From: an uncultured Solirubrobacterales bacterium
GTDB taxonomy: Bacteria; Actinomycetota; Thermoleophilia; Solirubrobacterales; Solirubrobacteraceae
DNA length: 64,000 nucleotides
Reading direction: 5' to 3'
Assembly: GCA_963733245.1 (NCBI GenBank)
Contig: CAVTCI010000018.1
Coordinates: 19,512-83,511 of the forward strand
Below, piece after piece: positions 53,281-62,313 of the stretch; positions within the stretch are counted from its first letter, which is position 1, and every line of letters starts with the position of its first letter. The notes beneath the pieces are model-generated. The model was given only the letters and a program-made list of their open reading frames with translations, ran no database searches and was not told the DNA's origin. Made by a program: the position numbers and the translations under genes.

Positions 53281-54416
53281 CGGGGCGGTGAGCCGGCCGC
53301 GGCGGGGGCGCCGGCGGGGGAGCTGTAGACGATCGGCAGGACCACGTCCCGTTCGCCGCGGGGGCAGTCGAGCAGGGCGTGGACCTCGGCCGGGAGGGTC
53401 AGGCCGACGCGGCTGGCCAGGGGCGGGGCCTCGGCGCCGGAGGTTCGGGCGAGCAGGCGCAGCCCGGCGGCGCGGCCCTCGACCGAGAGCGTGATGCGGG
53501 CGTCGTGGCCGTAGTACTCGATCGCCTCGACGCGGGCGGTCAGGAGGCCCTGACATTCGCCCTCGCCGCACAGGCAGACCTCCTCCGGGCGGATCAGCAC
53601 CATGCCCTGCTCGGCGGCGGCCCCGGCCGGCTGGGAGGCGGTCAGGCGCAGGAGGCCGAGGTCGGTCTCGGCGTGGGTTCCGTGGAGGCGCGCCGGGAGC
53701 AGATTGGCGTCGCCGAGGAAGCGGGCGATCCCGGCGTCGACCGGCGCCCGGTAGATGCGCTGCGGGGCACCCGACTGGGCGATCCGCCCGCCCGCGAGGA
53801 TCGCCACCTCGTCGGCCAGGGAGAGGGCCTCGTCCTGGTCGTGGGTGACGAGCACGGCGGTCGCTCCGACCGCGGCCAGCGCCGCCTTGACGTCGGCCCG
53901 GGTCGTGGCCCGGAGCTCCGGGTCGAGGGCGGCGAACGGCTCGTCGAGGAGGACGATCGCCGGATCGATGGCCAGCGCCCGGGCCAGCGCGACCCGCTGC
54001 TGCTGGCCGCCGGACAGCTCATGGGGCCGGCGGCGATCGAGGCCGGCGAGGCCGACGAGCTCGAGCAGCTCGCCGATCCACTTGCTCCCGCGGCGCTGGC
54101 GCGGGAGGCCGAAGGCGACGTTGGCGGCGACGTTGAGATGGGGGAAGAGCGCGCCCTCCTGGGGGACGTAGCCGACCCGCCGCTGCTCGGGCGGCGCCCG
54201 CCGGACCCCGTCGTCGACCACTTGTCCGCCCAGCTCGACCGACCCGGCGTCGGCGCCCTCGAAGCCGGCGAGCACGCGGAGGAGTGTGGTCTTCCCCGAC
54301 CCGGATGCCCCGAGCACGGCGACGAAGGAACCGGTGCGGACCTCGAGCGAGAGGCCGGTCAGGACCGGCGAGCTGCCGTACGCCTTCGCGAGCCCGTCGA
54401 CGACGATCGCGTTCAT
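53277..54416 (-). CDS. Fe(3+)/polyamine-type ABC transporter ATP-binding protein (FbpC-like)
   Basis: Start at ATG 54416 (MNAIVVDGLAKAYGSS...), overlapping the permease stop (ATGA). GASGSGKTT, LSGGQQQRVALARA, LLDEPFAALD. Confidence 0.9.
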   Translation of the reverse strand: MNAIVVDGLAKAYGSSPVLTGLSLEVRTGSFVAVLGASGSGKTTLLRVLAGFEGADAGSVELGGQVVDDGVRRAPPEQRRVGYVPQEGALFPHLNVAANVAFGLPRQRRGSKWIGELLELVGLAGLDRRRPHELSGGQQQRVALARALAIDPAIVLLDEPFAALDPELRATTRADVKAALAAVGATAVLVTHDQDEALSLADEVAILAGGRIAQSGAPQRIYRAPVDAGIARFLGDANLLPARLHGTHAETDLGLLRLTASQPAGAAAEQGMVLIRPEEVCLCGEGECQGLLTARVEAIEYYGHDARITLSVEGRAAGLRLLARTSGAEAPPLASRVGLTLPAEVHALLDCPRGERDVVLPIVYSSPAGAPAAAGSPPR

Positions 54417-56020
54417 GCTGCGAGCGTATCGAGCCGGCGGATGAGCAGATAGGTCGCCGGCGCGCAGATGCCGACCATGAGGGCGGCGTAGGGGGCGGCC
54501 GCGCCGTAGGCGAGGCTCGTCTGATAGGCCCAGAACTGGGTGGCCAGGGTCTCCGACCCGGTCGGGCGCAGGAGGAGGGTCGCGGTCAGCTCGGTCGCCG
54601 CGGAGAGGAACACGAGCGCGGCGGCCGCGGCGAGCCCGGGGGCGATCAGCGGGAGGGTCACCCGGCGAAAGGCGCCGAACGGCCGCTGGCCGAGCGTCCG
54701 GGCCACCTCCTCGAGGCGGGGCGGCACCTGGACGAGGGTCCCCCGGATGGCGATCAGGGCGAGCGGGAGGAAGAGGATCGCGTAGGCGATCACCAGCAGC
54801 GCATGGGTCTGGTAGAGGGGGTGGGCGAGGCGGATGCTGAACGAGACGAGGGCCAGGGCGATGACGATCCCGGGGAGGGCGCGGGCGATGAACGAGCTGC
54901 GCTCGAGCAGCATCGAGAGGCGCGAGCGGTGGCGGACGGCGAGCACCGACACCGGGAGGGCGATCAGGGCGGTGAGGGCGGCGGCGACCGCCGAGAGGCC
55001 GAAGGTCGTCCCGGCGGCCCCGAGGATCGAGGCCGCCGGGAGGGTCGTCGAGCCGCCGCGGATCAACCAGTAGACGAGCGTCCCGACGGGCACGCCGAGG
55101 GCGAGCACGACGAGCAGGCCGACGCCGCCGACGGCCAGGGGCGTCGCCCGTCCGAGCACGATCGGCCGCCGGGCGCGGGCCGAGCCGGAACCGACCCGCG
55201 AGTAGCGGGTCCGGCCGATCAGGCCGAGCTCGCCGAGGAGGAAGGCGACGCTGAGCACGACGACGACGAGGGACAGGAGCGCCGCGCTCGCGCCGTCGAA
55301 GCCGAGCTGGTATTCGGCGAAGATCTCGGTGGCGAAGGTCGGGAAGCGGAGCGTCGCGAAGGCTCCGTACTCGGCGAGCAGGTGGAGGGCGATGATCAGG
55401 GCGCCGCCGAGGATGGCCACCCGCAACTGGGGGAGGGTGACCCGCCAGAACGTCCGCCACGGCCCGAGGCCGAGGCTGCGGGCGGTCTCCTCGAGCGCCG
55501 GGTCGCTCCCGCGGAGCGCCGCCGCCGCCGGGAGGTAGACGAACGGGTAGTAGGAGAGCGTGGTGACCAGGAGCGCTCCCCGGTACCCCTGGAAGCGCCC
55601 GGCGTCGAGGGAGACCCAGCTGAAGCTGTTGACGAACTCGGGCACGCCGATCGGCAGCACCAGGAGCATCGTCCACAGGCGCCGGCCCGGGAGGTCGGTC
55701 CGCTCGACCGCCCAGGCGGCGGCGACCCCGAGCCCGACGCAGAGGACGCTCACCCCGACGAGCAGGGTCAGCGTATTGGTCAGCAGCGAGGCGACCCGCG
55801 GGCGGATCAGGAGGGAGACGGCCGCGCTCCAGCTGATCGTCCGGGCCTCGATGACGACGAAGATCAGGGGCAGCACCGCCAGCGCGGCCGTGCCGACCGC
55901 GGCGAGCACCAGTCCCCGGGGCGGCGAGGAGCGCCGCAGGCGGGGGGCGGTCCGGGCCCCCGCCGCCCGGGTCGGACCCGTCCCGGGCGCGCCCGGGGCG
56001 CTCGCGGCCGGGACGGCCAC
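54413..56020 (-). CDS. iron ABC transporter permease (duplicated, FbpB-like)
   Basis: 535-aa polytopic ORF with two binding-protein-dependent permease modules (two EAA-like loops: LEETARSLGLGPWRTFWRVTLP and LEEVARTLGQRPFGAFRRVTLP). Confidence 0.9.
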   Translation of the reverse strand: MAVPAASAPGAPGTGPTRAAGARTAPRLRRSSPPRGLVLAAVGTAALAVLPLIFVVIEARTISWSAAVSLLIRPRVASLLTNTLTLLVGVSVLCVGLGVAAAWAVERTDLPGRRLWTMLLVLPIGVPEFVNSFSWVSLDAGRFQGYRGALLVTTLSYYPFVYLPAAAALRGSDPALEETARSLGLGPWRTFWRVTLPQLRVAILGGALIIALHLLAEYGAFATLRFPTFATEIFAEYQLGFDGASAALLSLVVVVLSVAFLLGELGLIGRTRYSRVGSGSARARRPIVLGRATPLAVGGVGLLVVLALGVPVGTLVYWLIRGGSTTLPAASILGAAGTTFGLSAVAAALTALIALPVSVLAVRHRSRLSMLLERSSFIARALPGIVIALALVSFSIRLAHPLYQTHALLVIAYAILFLPLALIAIRGTLVQVPPRLEEVARTLGQRPFGAFRRVTLPLIAPGLAAAAALVFLSAATELTATLLLRPTGSETLATQFWAYQTSLAYGAAAPYAALMVGICAPATYLLIRRLDTLAA

Positions 56021-57055
56021 TTAGATGAGTCCGACCTGCTGGAGGAGCGTGAGCGGCAACCGCCCGTCGCCCAGGTCGGCGATGCCGACGTCGGGCGGCT
56101 TGAGCGCGGCGAGCGGCCGCAGCGGCTTGGCGGTGACGACGCCCGAGCCGAGCGGGTACTCGTAGCTCTCGCTGCGGGCGATGATCTCCTGGGCCGGAGC
56201 GCTCACCAGATAGGCCAGGAACCGCTGGGCGAGCACTGGGTGGCGACTCGACTTCAGCGCGCCGGCGCCGGATACGTCGACCAGGGCGCCGGCGTCGCCG
56301 GGGGCGAAGTAGTGGAGCGCCGAGCGGACCTTGCCGGCGCCGACCTCGTCGCGGAGGCGGTACCAGTAGTAGTGGTCGATCAGCCCGGCGGCGATCTCGC
56401 CGCGGTTGACCGCGGCGACCAGGGTCTCGTTGCTGTCGTAGACCTTCCCGTTCGCCTTCAGCCCGCTCAGCCAGCTGACCGCCGCCGGCTGGCCATGGAG
56501 CTTGACCAGGGCGGCGATCAGGGGCTGGAAGTCGGTCTCGGTCGGGGCGAAGCCGATCTTGCCCTTCCAGGGGGAGAGCGCGAGCGACTGGAGGGTCGCC
56601 GGGAGGGCGGCGGCCGTGAGCTTCGCCGTGTTGTAGACGAGCACGGCCGACCGGGCCGACACGCCGACCCAGTCGCCGGTGGGGGAGTTGAACCGGGCGG
56701 TGACGCGCGCGAGGGTGGTGGGGTCGACCGGGGCGAGCAGCCGGCTCTTGTCGAGCACGGTGAGGGCCGGGGGGTTCTCGGCGAAGAAGACATCGGCCGG
56801 CGAGTCGGCGCCCTCCCGAAGGATCTGATTGGCCAGGGCGGCCTCGTCGTTGGAGCGGAGGTTGACGCCGATGCCGGTCCGGGCGTGGAAGTCGTTGGCC
56901 AGGGCCGTCGCCGTCTGCTGGTGCTGTCCGCTGTAGACGGTGATCTCGTTCGTCCCGCCCGAGGAGGCGCCGCAGCCGCCGAGCCCCGCCGCGAGCGCGA
57001 CCGCCGCGGCGAAGATGAGCCTCCTGCGTGGGGGCCTGAAGCGCAGCCCGACCAC
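56021..57055 (-). CDS. iron(III) ABC transporter substrate-binding lipoprotein (FbpA/AfuA-like)
   Basis: FAAAVALAAGLGGCG lipobox, then ITVYSGQHQQTATALANDFHARTGIGVNLRSND...SPADVFFAENP. The start is uncertain (GTG 57055 chosen; the ORF extends to 57115). Confidence 0.85.
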   Translation of the reverse strand: MVGLRFRPPRRRLIFAAAVALAAGLGGCGASSGGTNEITVYSGQHQQTATALANDFHARTGIGVNLRSNDEAALANQILREGADSPADVFFAENPPALTVLDKSRLLAPVDPTTLARVTARFNSPTGDWVGVSARSAVLVYNTAKLTAAALPATLQSLALSPWKGKIGFAPTETDFQPLIAALVKLHGQPAAVSWLSGLKANGKVYDSNETLVAAVNRGEIAAGLIDHYYWYRLRDEVGAGKVRSALHYFAPGDAGALVDVSGAGALKSSRHPVLAQRFLAYLVSAPAQEIIARSESYEYPLGSGVVTAKPLRPLAALKPPDVGIADLGDGRLPLTLLQQVGLI

Positions 57056-57151
57056 CCCTCCCTCGTGAAGTAGCTCCGGCCCGTAAGGGGACCCTAACTT
57101 AGGGAAACCTAACACAGGCCGTCGCGACGGGCGGACGGCGTCCAGCCCGGG

Positions 57152-58267
57152 CTACCGGAGCTGGATGTGGTCGGCCTCGGCGGGCCCGGGGAAGGGCCGG
57201 GTCAGGCCGTACTGCTCGAGCGTCCCCTCGGGGACGCCCTCGACCCCGGGCGTGTCCGAGGCCTGTCCGCGGGTGTGCGGGTCGTTGGCAAACCCCCCGA
57301 CCTCGACCGAGTGCTGCGGCGTGCGGTAGCCGGAGATGCCGATCAGGTGGAGCTGTAGCGCCTGGCCGAGGGCGTTCAGTCGAGCCGCGAGGGTCGGTTC
57401 GTCGGCCACGGAATAGTCGGTCCCCGGGGCCTGGAAGAATCCGTAGAGGCCCCGGGCGCCGCTGAACGGCGCGAGGGCGCCCGGGCCGGAGAGGCCGGAC
57501 GCGGGCGGGGTCGCCGCGATCGTCCGCTCGATCGCGGCGAGACTCGTCGCGAGGGCGCCGCGTTGGGCGTGGAGCGAGTCGAGCTCGGATGACTTGGCCG
57601 CCCGGGCCCGAGCGAAGACGAGCTGACGGTCGAGGACGGACAGACGCAGCCGGGCCGCCTCGTCGCGCTGCAGGAGGACGGCCCGGGTCCTCTGGCTCTG
57701 GCCCGCCTCGAGCTGGGCGAGCCGCGCCGTCTCCGCCGCGACCGCCGCCCGGGCGCCCTTGACCTGGGCGGTGACCAGGGCGTTGTGGTGGGAGATCAGC
57801 TTGAGGTAGTCCATGCGCTCCAGCAGGTCGCTGAACCCGTGGGCCTCGACGACGACGCTGGCCACGTCGGGCGGCGGCGTCTCGTAGGCGGCGACGAGTT
57901 GGGCGCGGAGGGTGTCCTGGTCGGCCGCGAAGCGCAGCCGCAGCCCGGTCAGCCGGGCCCGGACCGCCCGCAGGCGCTCCTGGGTGGCGGCCAGCTGGAC
58001 GCGCTCGATGTCGAGCGTCGTCTGGATCGCGTCGAGCCGGGCCTGGAGGTCGCTCAGGCGGCCGTCGTAGCTGGCCGCCCGGGTGCGGTCGCGCTCGATC
58101 GCCGCCCGCAGGGCCTGCTCGCGGGCGTCGGCCGCGGCGATCCGCTGCCGGAGGGCCCCGGGCGAGACGGCGCCGGCCGCCGGCGGGCCGAGGACGACGG
58201 CCGCGGCGACCACGAGGGCGGCCAGGCCGGGGGCCGGGCACCGGCGGAGGGGAGGGCGAGCGGTCAT
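57152..58267 (-). CDS. secreted coiled-coil protein with C-terminal LAS/M15-type metallopeptidase domain
   Basis: Start at ATG 58267 (MTARPPLRRCPAPGLAALVVAAAVVLG...). About 230 aa of heptad-rich Ala/Arg/Leu/Gln sequence. C-terminus ISGYRTPQHSVEVGGFANDPHTRGQASD...EADHIQL follows the SxHxxGxAxD ... H pattern of M15/VanY-like peptidases. Confidence 0.7.
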   Translation of the reverse strand: MTARPPLRRCPAPGLAALVVAAAVVLGPPAAGAVSPGALRQRIAAADAREQALRAAIERDRTRAASYDGRLSDLQARLDAIQTTLDIERVQLAATQERLRAVRARLTGLRLRFAADQDTLRAQLVAAYETPPPDVASVVVEAHGFSDLLERMDYLKLISHHNALVTAQVKGARAAVAAETARLAQLEAGQSQRTRAVLLQRDEAARLRLSVLDRQLVFARARAAKSSELDSLHAQRGALATSLAAIERTIAATPPASGLSGPGALAPFSGARGLYGFFQAPGTDYSVADEPTLAARLNALGQALQLHLIGISGYRTPQHSVEVGGFANDPHTRGQASDTPGVEGVPEGTLEQYGLTRPFPGPAEADHIQLR

Positions 58268-58409
58268 CAGGGGACGGGGCCCGCGGCGATCGCCGAGGCG
58301 GGCGAGCCCGGGGGGCAAGCTAACACCGGATCGGGCCGCCGGACGCAGGCGCGGCTGCATGCAGCGGGACTTGCAGCGGGGAGGAGGCCCGGCGCCCGCC
58401 CCGACGGGT

Positions 58410-58526
58410 GGGTCAGAGCCCGCCCGAGGCCCCGGCGGGTGGGTCCCCCGAGGCCCCGACCGGTGGGTCAGAGTCGGCTCGAGAGGTCGCCCGGCGGGGG
58501 GGTCAGAGCCCGCCCGAGAAGTCGCC
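58410..58526. repeat. degenerate tandem copies of the 3' end and stop of gene 58503..59243
   Basis: The identical 19-mer gggtcagagcccgcccgag occurs at 58410-28 and 58500-18. An intermediate diverged copy, ggtcagagtcggctcgagaggtcgcc, lies at 58466-91. The functional stop (tca) is at 58503-05. Confidence 0.7.
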
Positions 58527-59243
58527 GGGTTGGTTGGTCGGGTAGGAGCCGGGCGGGCCGTAGCCGACGACGATCGTGTCGTGGGCCCGCATCACGTAGG
58601 CGGGGCCGTCGACGACCGGGAGGCCGTTGACGAAGACCCGCAGGGTGTTCTGCCCGCCGACCCGGTAGCCGCCGAGCTGGGTCGGGGTGAACGCGACGCC
58701 CCAGACGTCGAAGAACTGGCCGAGCGTGAAGCCGTAGGGCCGGGTCGACTCCATATGGACGATGCCGGTCGTGTCGTGGGTATGGAGGGGGGAGACGGCG
58801 GTGCCCGTATCGGGCAGGCCGATGTTGGCCGGGACGACGACCGGGTGCCCGTCGACGTAGACGCGGAGCTCGGCGTGGATGTGGAAGACGGTGTCGCTGA
58901 GGTCGGGAAGTCCGAGTGCGGTCAACCGCCGAGCGAGGAACCGGTACTCGGCCGGCCAGGGCGCCGGGGTCGTCTGGAGGCCGGGGAGGGCGGCTTGGGC
59001 GACGGCGACCGGCGCCGGCCGGCCGGTCGCCGCCGGCCGGGCGGAGCCGCCGCGGAGGAACAGGATCGCCGCGACGGCGGCGACCACCCCGGCGACCGAG
59101 ACGAAGCCGCGGGCCACGCCGCGCCACGGGTGGCGCCGCGCCGGCGGGCCGGCGGCGGGCCGCATGGCCGTCGGGCCGGGTGGGGGGGCGCCCGGGGAGG
59201 AGGTTCCGGGATCGGACTCGGGTTCGGTTGGATCGTCGCTCAC
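58503..59243 (-). CDS. hypothetical membrane-anchored protein
   Basis: GTG 59243 preceded by GAGGAA. Acidic/Pro-rich N-terminus, TM helix FVSVAGVVAAVAAILFL and an extracytoplasmic domain with HIHAELRVYVDG...PLHTHDTTGIVHMES. Confidence 0.55.
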   Translation of the reverse strand: MSDDPTEPESDPGTSSPGAPPPGPTAMRPAAGPPARRHPWRGVARGFVSVAGVVAAVAAILFLRGGSARPAATGRPAPVAVAQAALPGLQTTPAPWPAEYRFLARRLTALGLPDLSDTVFHIHAELRVYVDGHPVVVPANIGLPDTGTAVSPLHTHDTTGIVHMESTRPYGFTLGQFFDVWGVAFTPTQLGGYRVGGQNTLRVFVNGLPVVDGPAYVMRAHDTIVVGYGPPGSYPTNQPGDFSGGL

Positions 59244-59381
59244 GTCGTATTCCTCGCCCGCGGGCCCCGCCGGGGGGTCCGATGATGCCAGGCGCGCGGA
59301 CCCACCGGATCGGCCCGGCCTGGCCGGGCGCCGGCCACCGGCGCCGCCTACCGCGACTTTCCCGCGTAACCTGGGTTCTGC

Positions 59382-60140
59382 ATGATCGTGAAGCCTGGGC
59401 TAATCGGAGTGCTCGCCGCGGCCGCGGCTCTCGGTCTGGTCAGCGGGGCGGCCGGGGCGATCACCGAGGTCGGCCTCCAGAGCAACCCGACCGCCCCCAG
59501 CTGTCCGGGGACCCCGTGCCTCGCGGTCAGCCAGACGACCGGCTACCAGGCCAAGATTGGCCCGTTGAAGGCCCCGGTCAGCGTGACCAAGGCCGGGCGG
59601 ATCGTCGCCTGGACGATCACCCAGGGCCAGCCCACGCCGGCCCAGATCAAGTTCTTCGACTCGATGGAGGGCGGTCCGGCCGCGGCCGCGATCGCGATCC
59701 TCCGCCCCGGGCCGAAGCTCGCCTTCACGCTGATCGCCCAGAGCCCGGTGATGCGCCTCCAGCCCTTCTTCGGGACGACCGTCCAGTTCCCCCTCGATAC
59801 GTCCCTGGCCGTCAATCCCGGCGACGTCGTCGCCCTGACCGTCCCGACCTGGACTCCGGCCCTGGCCCTCGGCTTCGGCCACGACACCTCCTGGCGGGCC
59901 AGCCGGGGCCGGACGTCGTGCGCCAACACCAACCTCCCGACCGCCCAGACCTCGATCGGCTCGAGCGTCCAGTACTTCTGTCTCTACGGGACCGCCCGGC
60001 TGACCTACTCGGCGACGTTCATCCCGACGCCGGTGGCCCCGGTCGCCCCGACCACCACCCCGCCGACGACGACCAAGCCCCCGACGACCACCAAGTCGCC
60101 GGCGAGCACGACGACGCCGACGACGACGACCAAGAAGTAG
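59382..60140 (+). CDS. hypothetical secreted protein with Thr/Pro-rich C-terminal tail
   Basis: Signal peptide LIGVLAAAAALGLVSGAAGA, four Cys residues, and the tail PTTTPPTTTKPPTTTKSPASTTTPTTTTKK. Confidence 0.6.
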   Translation: MIVKPGLIGVLAAAAALGLVSGAAGAITEVGLQSNPTAPSCPGTPCLAVSQTTGYQAKIGPLKAPVSVTKAGRIVAWTITQGQPTPAQIKFFDSMEGGPAAAAIAILRPGPKLAFTLIAQSPVMRLQPFFGTTVQFPLDTSLAVNPGDVVALTVPTWTPALALGFGHDTSWRASRGRTSCANTNLPTAQTSIGSSVQYFCLYGTARLTYSATFIPTPVAPVAPTTTPPTTTKPPTTTKSPASTTTPTTTTKK

Positions 60141-60191
60141 CGGCCGGTCCCCGCCCGGTCAGGAGTAGCGGCCGGTCCCCGCCCGGTCAGT
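60136..60191. repeat. perfect 27-nt tandem duplication (28-nt period) spanning the stop codons of both convergent genes
   Basis: agtagcggccggtccccgcccggtcag occurs twice (60136-62 and 60164-90). Copy 1 holds the TAG of the + gene (60138-40) and copy 2 holds the tca of the - gene (60187-89). Confidence 0.95.
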
Positions 60192-61671
60192 TGACCGGCT
60201 TGACGCTCTCGGCGATCGCCAGCATCTGCTGGTTGGTGAGCTGGCTGTCGAGGGTGTTGCTCACCCAGTACACCGCCTGGGGCAGCCGCCAGGAGACGGT
60301 CCGGATGTGCGATCCGTCGAGGTAGACGTCGTAGGTCCGCCCGGCGATCTTCCGGCTCTGGTGGGGCCCGGCGAGGATCGGCGGCGCCTTCCAGTCGGTT
60401 CCCTCGACGCCGTAGTACTCGCCCGCGAGGCCGCGGGAGATCGAGATCACGTAGGCCCGGTGGCGGACCTGATGCTCGTCCGGCAGGGTGTAGGCCCGGA
60501 CGAGGTCCGGGGCGAAGCCGCTCTGGACCCGGAGTTGCGGGACGTAGAGCTTGATCGGCAGGCCGATCGACGCGACGTTGGCCAGGCCGATGTCGCTCGC
60601 CGGGGTCGCGGTCAGCCCGATCCCGGCGAGCCGGCCGAGATGGGCCCGCCGCTTGAGGTTGAGCGCCGGCACGTGGACCTTGGTCGGCGGGTTCCCGCTC
60701 AGGAAGTCCTCGACCGTCGCGCGGACCTGCTGCGAACTGGCCACGACGTAGCTTCCGCCGGCCAGGGTCACGTTCTGGTTGGCCTGGAACTTGACCTGGC
60801 GGACCGGGCGGCCGAGCGAGAAGGCGGCCAGCGTGAACAGGTGGAGGATGGTCGCCGTCCCGTGGATGTCGGTCTGGACCGACGCGTGGAGGGCCCGGAG
60901 GAGCTTGTCCTCGTTGTTGATCAGTCCGGAGACGCCGATCTGCTGCTTGGCCTGGCGGAGGAAGTCCTGCTGGCGGGCGACGCGGATGAAGTCGCTGTCG
61001 GTGTGCCGGTAGCGGGCGTAGTCGAGCGCCGTCTGGTCGCAGAGGCGCTGGTAGCCGGGCTGGATGTTGATGCTCGCGTAGTTGTCGGCCGCGTTCGGCG
61101 CGCTGATGTGGAAGTAGCGGCGGTCGACCATGACGTAGACGCAGCCGATCGCGTCGACGACGCGGCGAAAGCCCCGGAAGTTGATGTCGACGATGTGCTG
61201 GATCGACACGCCGGGCAGGGCTCCCTCGACCGTCTTGGCCGCCAGGGCCGCCCCGCCGATCGAGTACGCGGCGTTGATCTTCTGGGTCGAGATCCCCTTC
61301 GCCCCGGCGTTGATCGTCGTGCGCAGGTCGCGGGGCACCGAGAGCACCGACGTCTGGTTGCGGTTCGGATCCATGCGGACGAGGAGCAGGGTGTCCGAGT
61401 GGGCCTGGTTGTTGCGGTCGAAGGCCGATTTCGACAGCGGGCGGCGGTCGGTGCCGATGACGAGGATCGTCTCCGCCGCCCCGGCCTGAGCCGCCGTGAT
61501 CACGTCGCTGCCGACGTGGAGCGTCGACGGGCCGAGCAGGTCGGAGACGTGCTTGACCTCCATCAGGACCGCGGTCGCCGTCGCCGCCGTCATCAGCATG
61601 ACGATCGCCAGGCTCCCGAGCAGGAAGCGCTTCCACAGGCTGGGGGCTCTATCTAGCGGCTCGAGCGGCAT
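60187..61671 (-). CDS. LytR-CpsA-Psr (LCP) family cell-envelope transferase with C-terminal LytR_C-like domain
   Basis: 494-aa ORF: N-terminal TM helix, ILVIGTDRR...HSDTLLLVRMDP...VLSVPRDL...INAAYSIGG...HIVDINFRGFRRVVDAIG. Confidence 0.85.
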   Translation of the reverse strand: MPLEPLDRAPSLWKRFLLGSLAIVMLMTAATATAVLMEVKHVSDLLGPSTLHVGSDVITAAQAGAAETILVIGTDRRPLSKSAFDRNNQAHSDTLLLVRMDPNRNQTSVLSVPRDLRTTINAGAKGISTQKINAAYSIGGAALAAKTVEGALPGVSIQHIVDINFRGFRRVVDAIGCVYVMVDRRYFHISAPNAADNYASINIQPGYQRLCDQTALDYARYRHTDSDFIRVARQQDFLRQAKQQIGVSGLINNEDKLLRALHASVQTDIHGTATILHLFTLAAFSLGRPVRQVKFQANQNVTLAGGSYVVASSQQVRATVEDFLSGNPPTKVHVPALNLKRRAHLGRLAGIGLTATPASDIGLANVASIGLPIKLYVPQLRVQSGFAPDLVRAYTLPDEHQVRHRAYVISISRGLAGEYYGVEGTDWKAPPILAGPHQSRKIAGRTYDVYLDGSHIRTVSWRLPQAVYWVSNTLDSQLTNQQMLAIAESVKPVN

Positions 61672-61773
61672 CGGGCGCCCCCATCCTCTCAGAGCGGCCA
61701 GAGCGATTCCCCGGCGGGCCGGACGCGGGCGGCGAAGATCCGGCGCGACCCCGGCGGGGCGGCCCGCGTCGCC

Positions 61774-62292
61774 CTATTCGTGCCGGCGCAGGCGCCAGAT
61801 GAGGAAGGCGACGATTCCCGCGTTGACGGCGAGGGCCGCCGCCTTGCCGGCCGTCGCGCGCTTGCTCAACTCGTAGATCTCCGGGATGAACAGGAGGCTC
61901 GTGGCGACCACGGTCAGGTACTCGGCCCACCGCCGCCGCTTCCACAGCCCGTAGCCCTCGACCCCTTCGAGGATTCCGTAGCCGATGGCGACCACCCCGA
62001 AGACGACGTACCGGTTCGGGCTGATCGCCCGGACCTTCTCGATCAGCTTCTGGATGCCGTTGCGACTCGGGTCGAAGCCGAAGCTCCGGGCGGCGTCGTT
62101 GATCGTCCGTCCCCAGTCGGTGTGCGAGTGGGTGATCAGGATGACGCCGATCGCCACCAAGACGACCGCCCGGACCAGCCGCTCGATCGCGATCAGCCTG
62201 AGCACCCGGTCGTCGGCCGGACCGGCCCGATGCTCGGCGGAGACCGGACGGGCGGAGCCGATCGCCGGCGTCGGCTCGGGGGCGGCGGTCAC
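61774..62292 (-). CDS. DUF2127-like membrane protein
   Basis: 172-aa ORF: LRLIAIERLVRAVVLVAIGVILI..., GYGILEGVEGYGLWKRRRWAEYLTVVATSLLFIPEIYEL. Confidence 0.7.
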   Translation of the reverse strand: MTAAPEPTPAIGSARPVSAEHRAGPADDRVLRLIAIERLVRAVVLVAIGVILITHSHTDWGRTINDAARSFGFDPSRNGIQKLIEKVRAISPNRYVVFGVVAIGYGILEGVEGYGLWKRRRWAEYLTVVATSLLFIPEIYELSKRATAGKAAALAVNAGIVAFLIWRLRRHE

Positions 62293-62313
62293 GGGCGCCG
62301 GACCCCGGCGGCC

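Noticed and set aside
54284-57073. 929-aa plus-strand ORF across the iron ABC operon.
   Set aside because: It is antisense to three confidently assigned transporter genes, with an Arg/Gly/Glu low-complexity translation.
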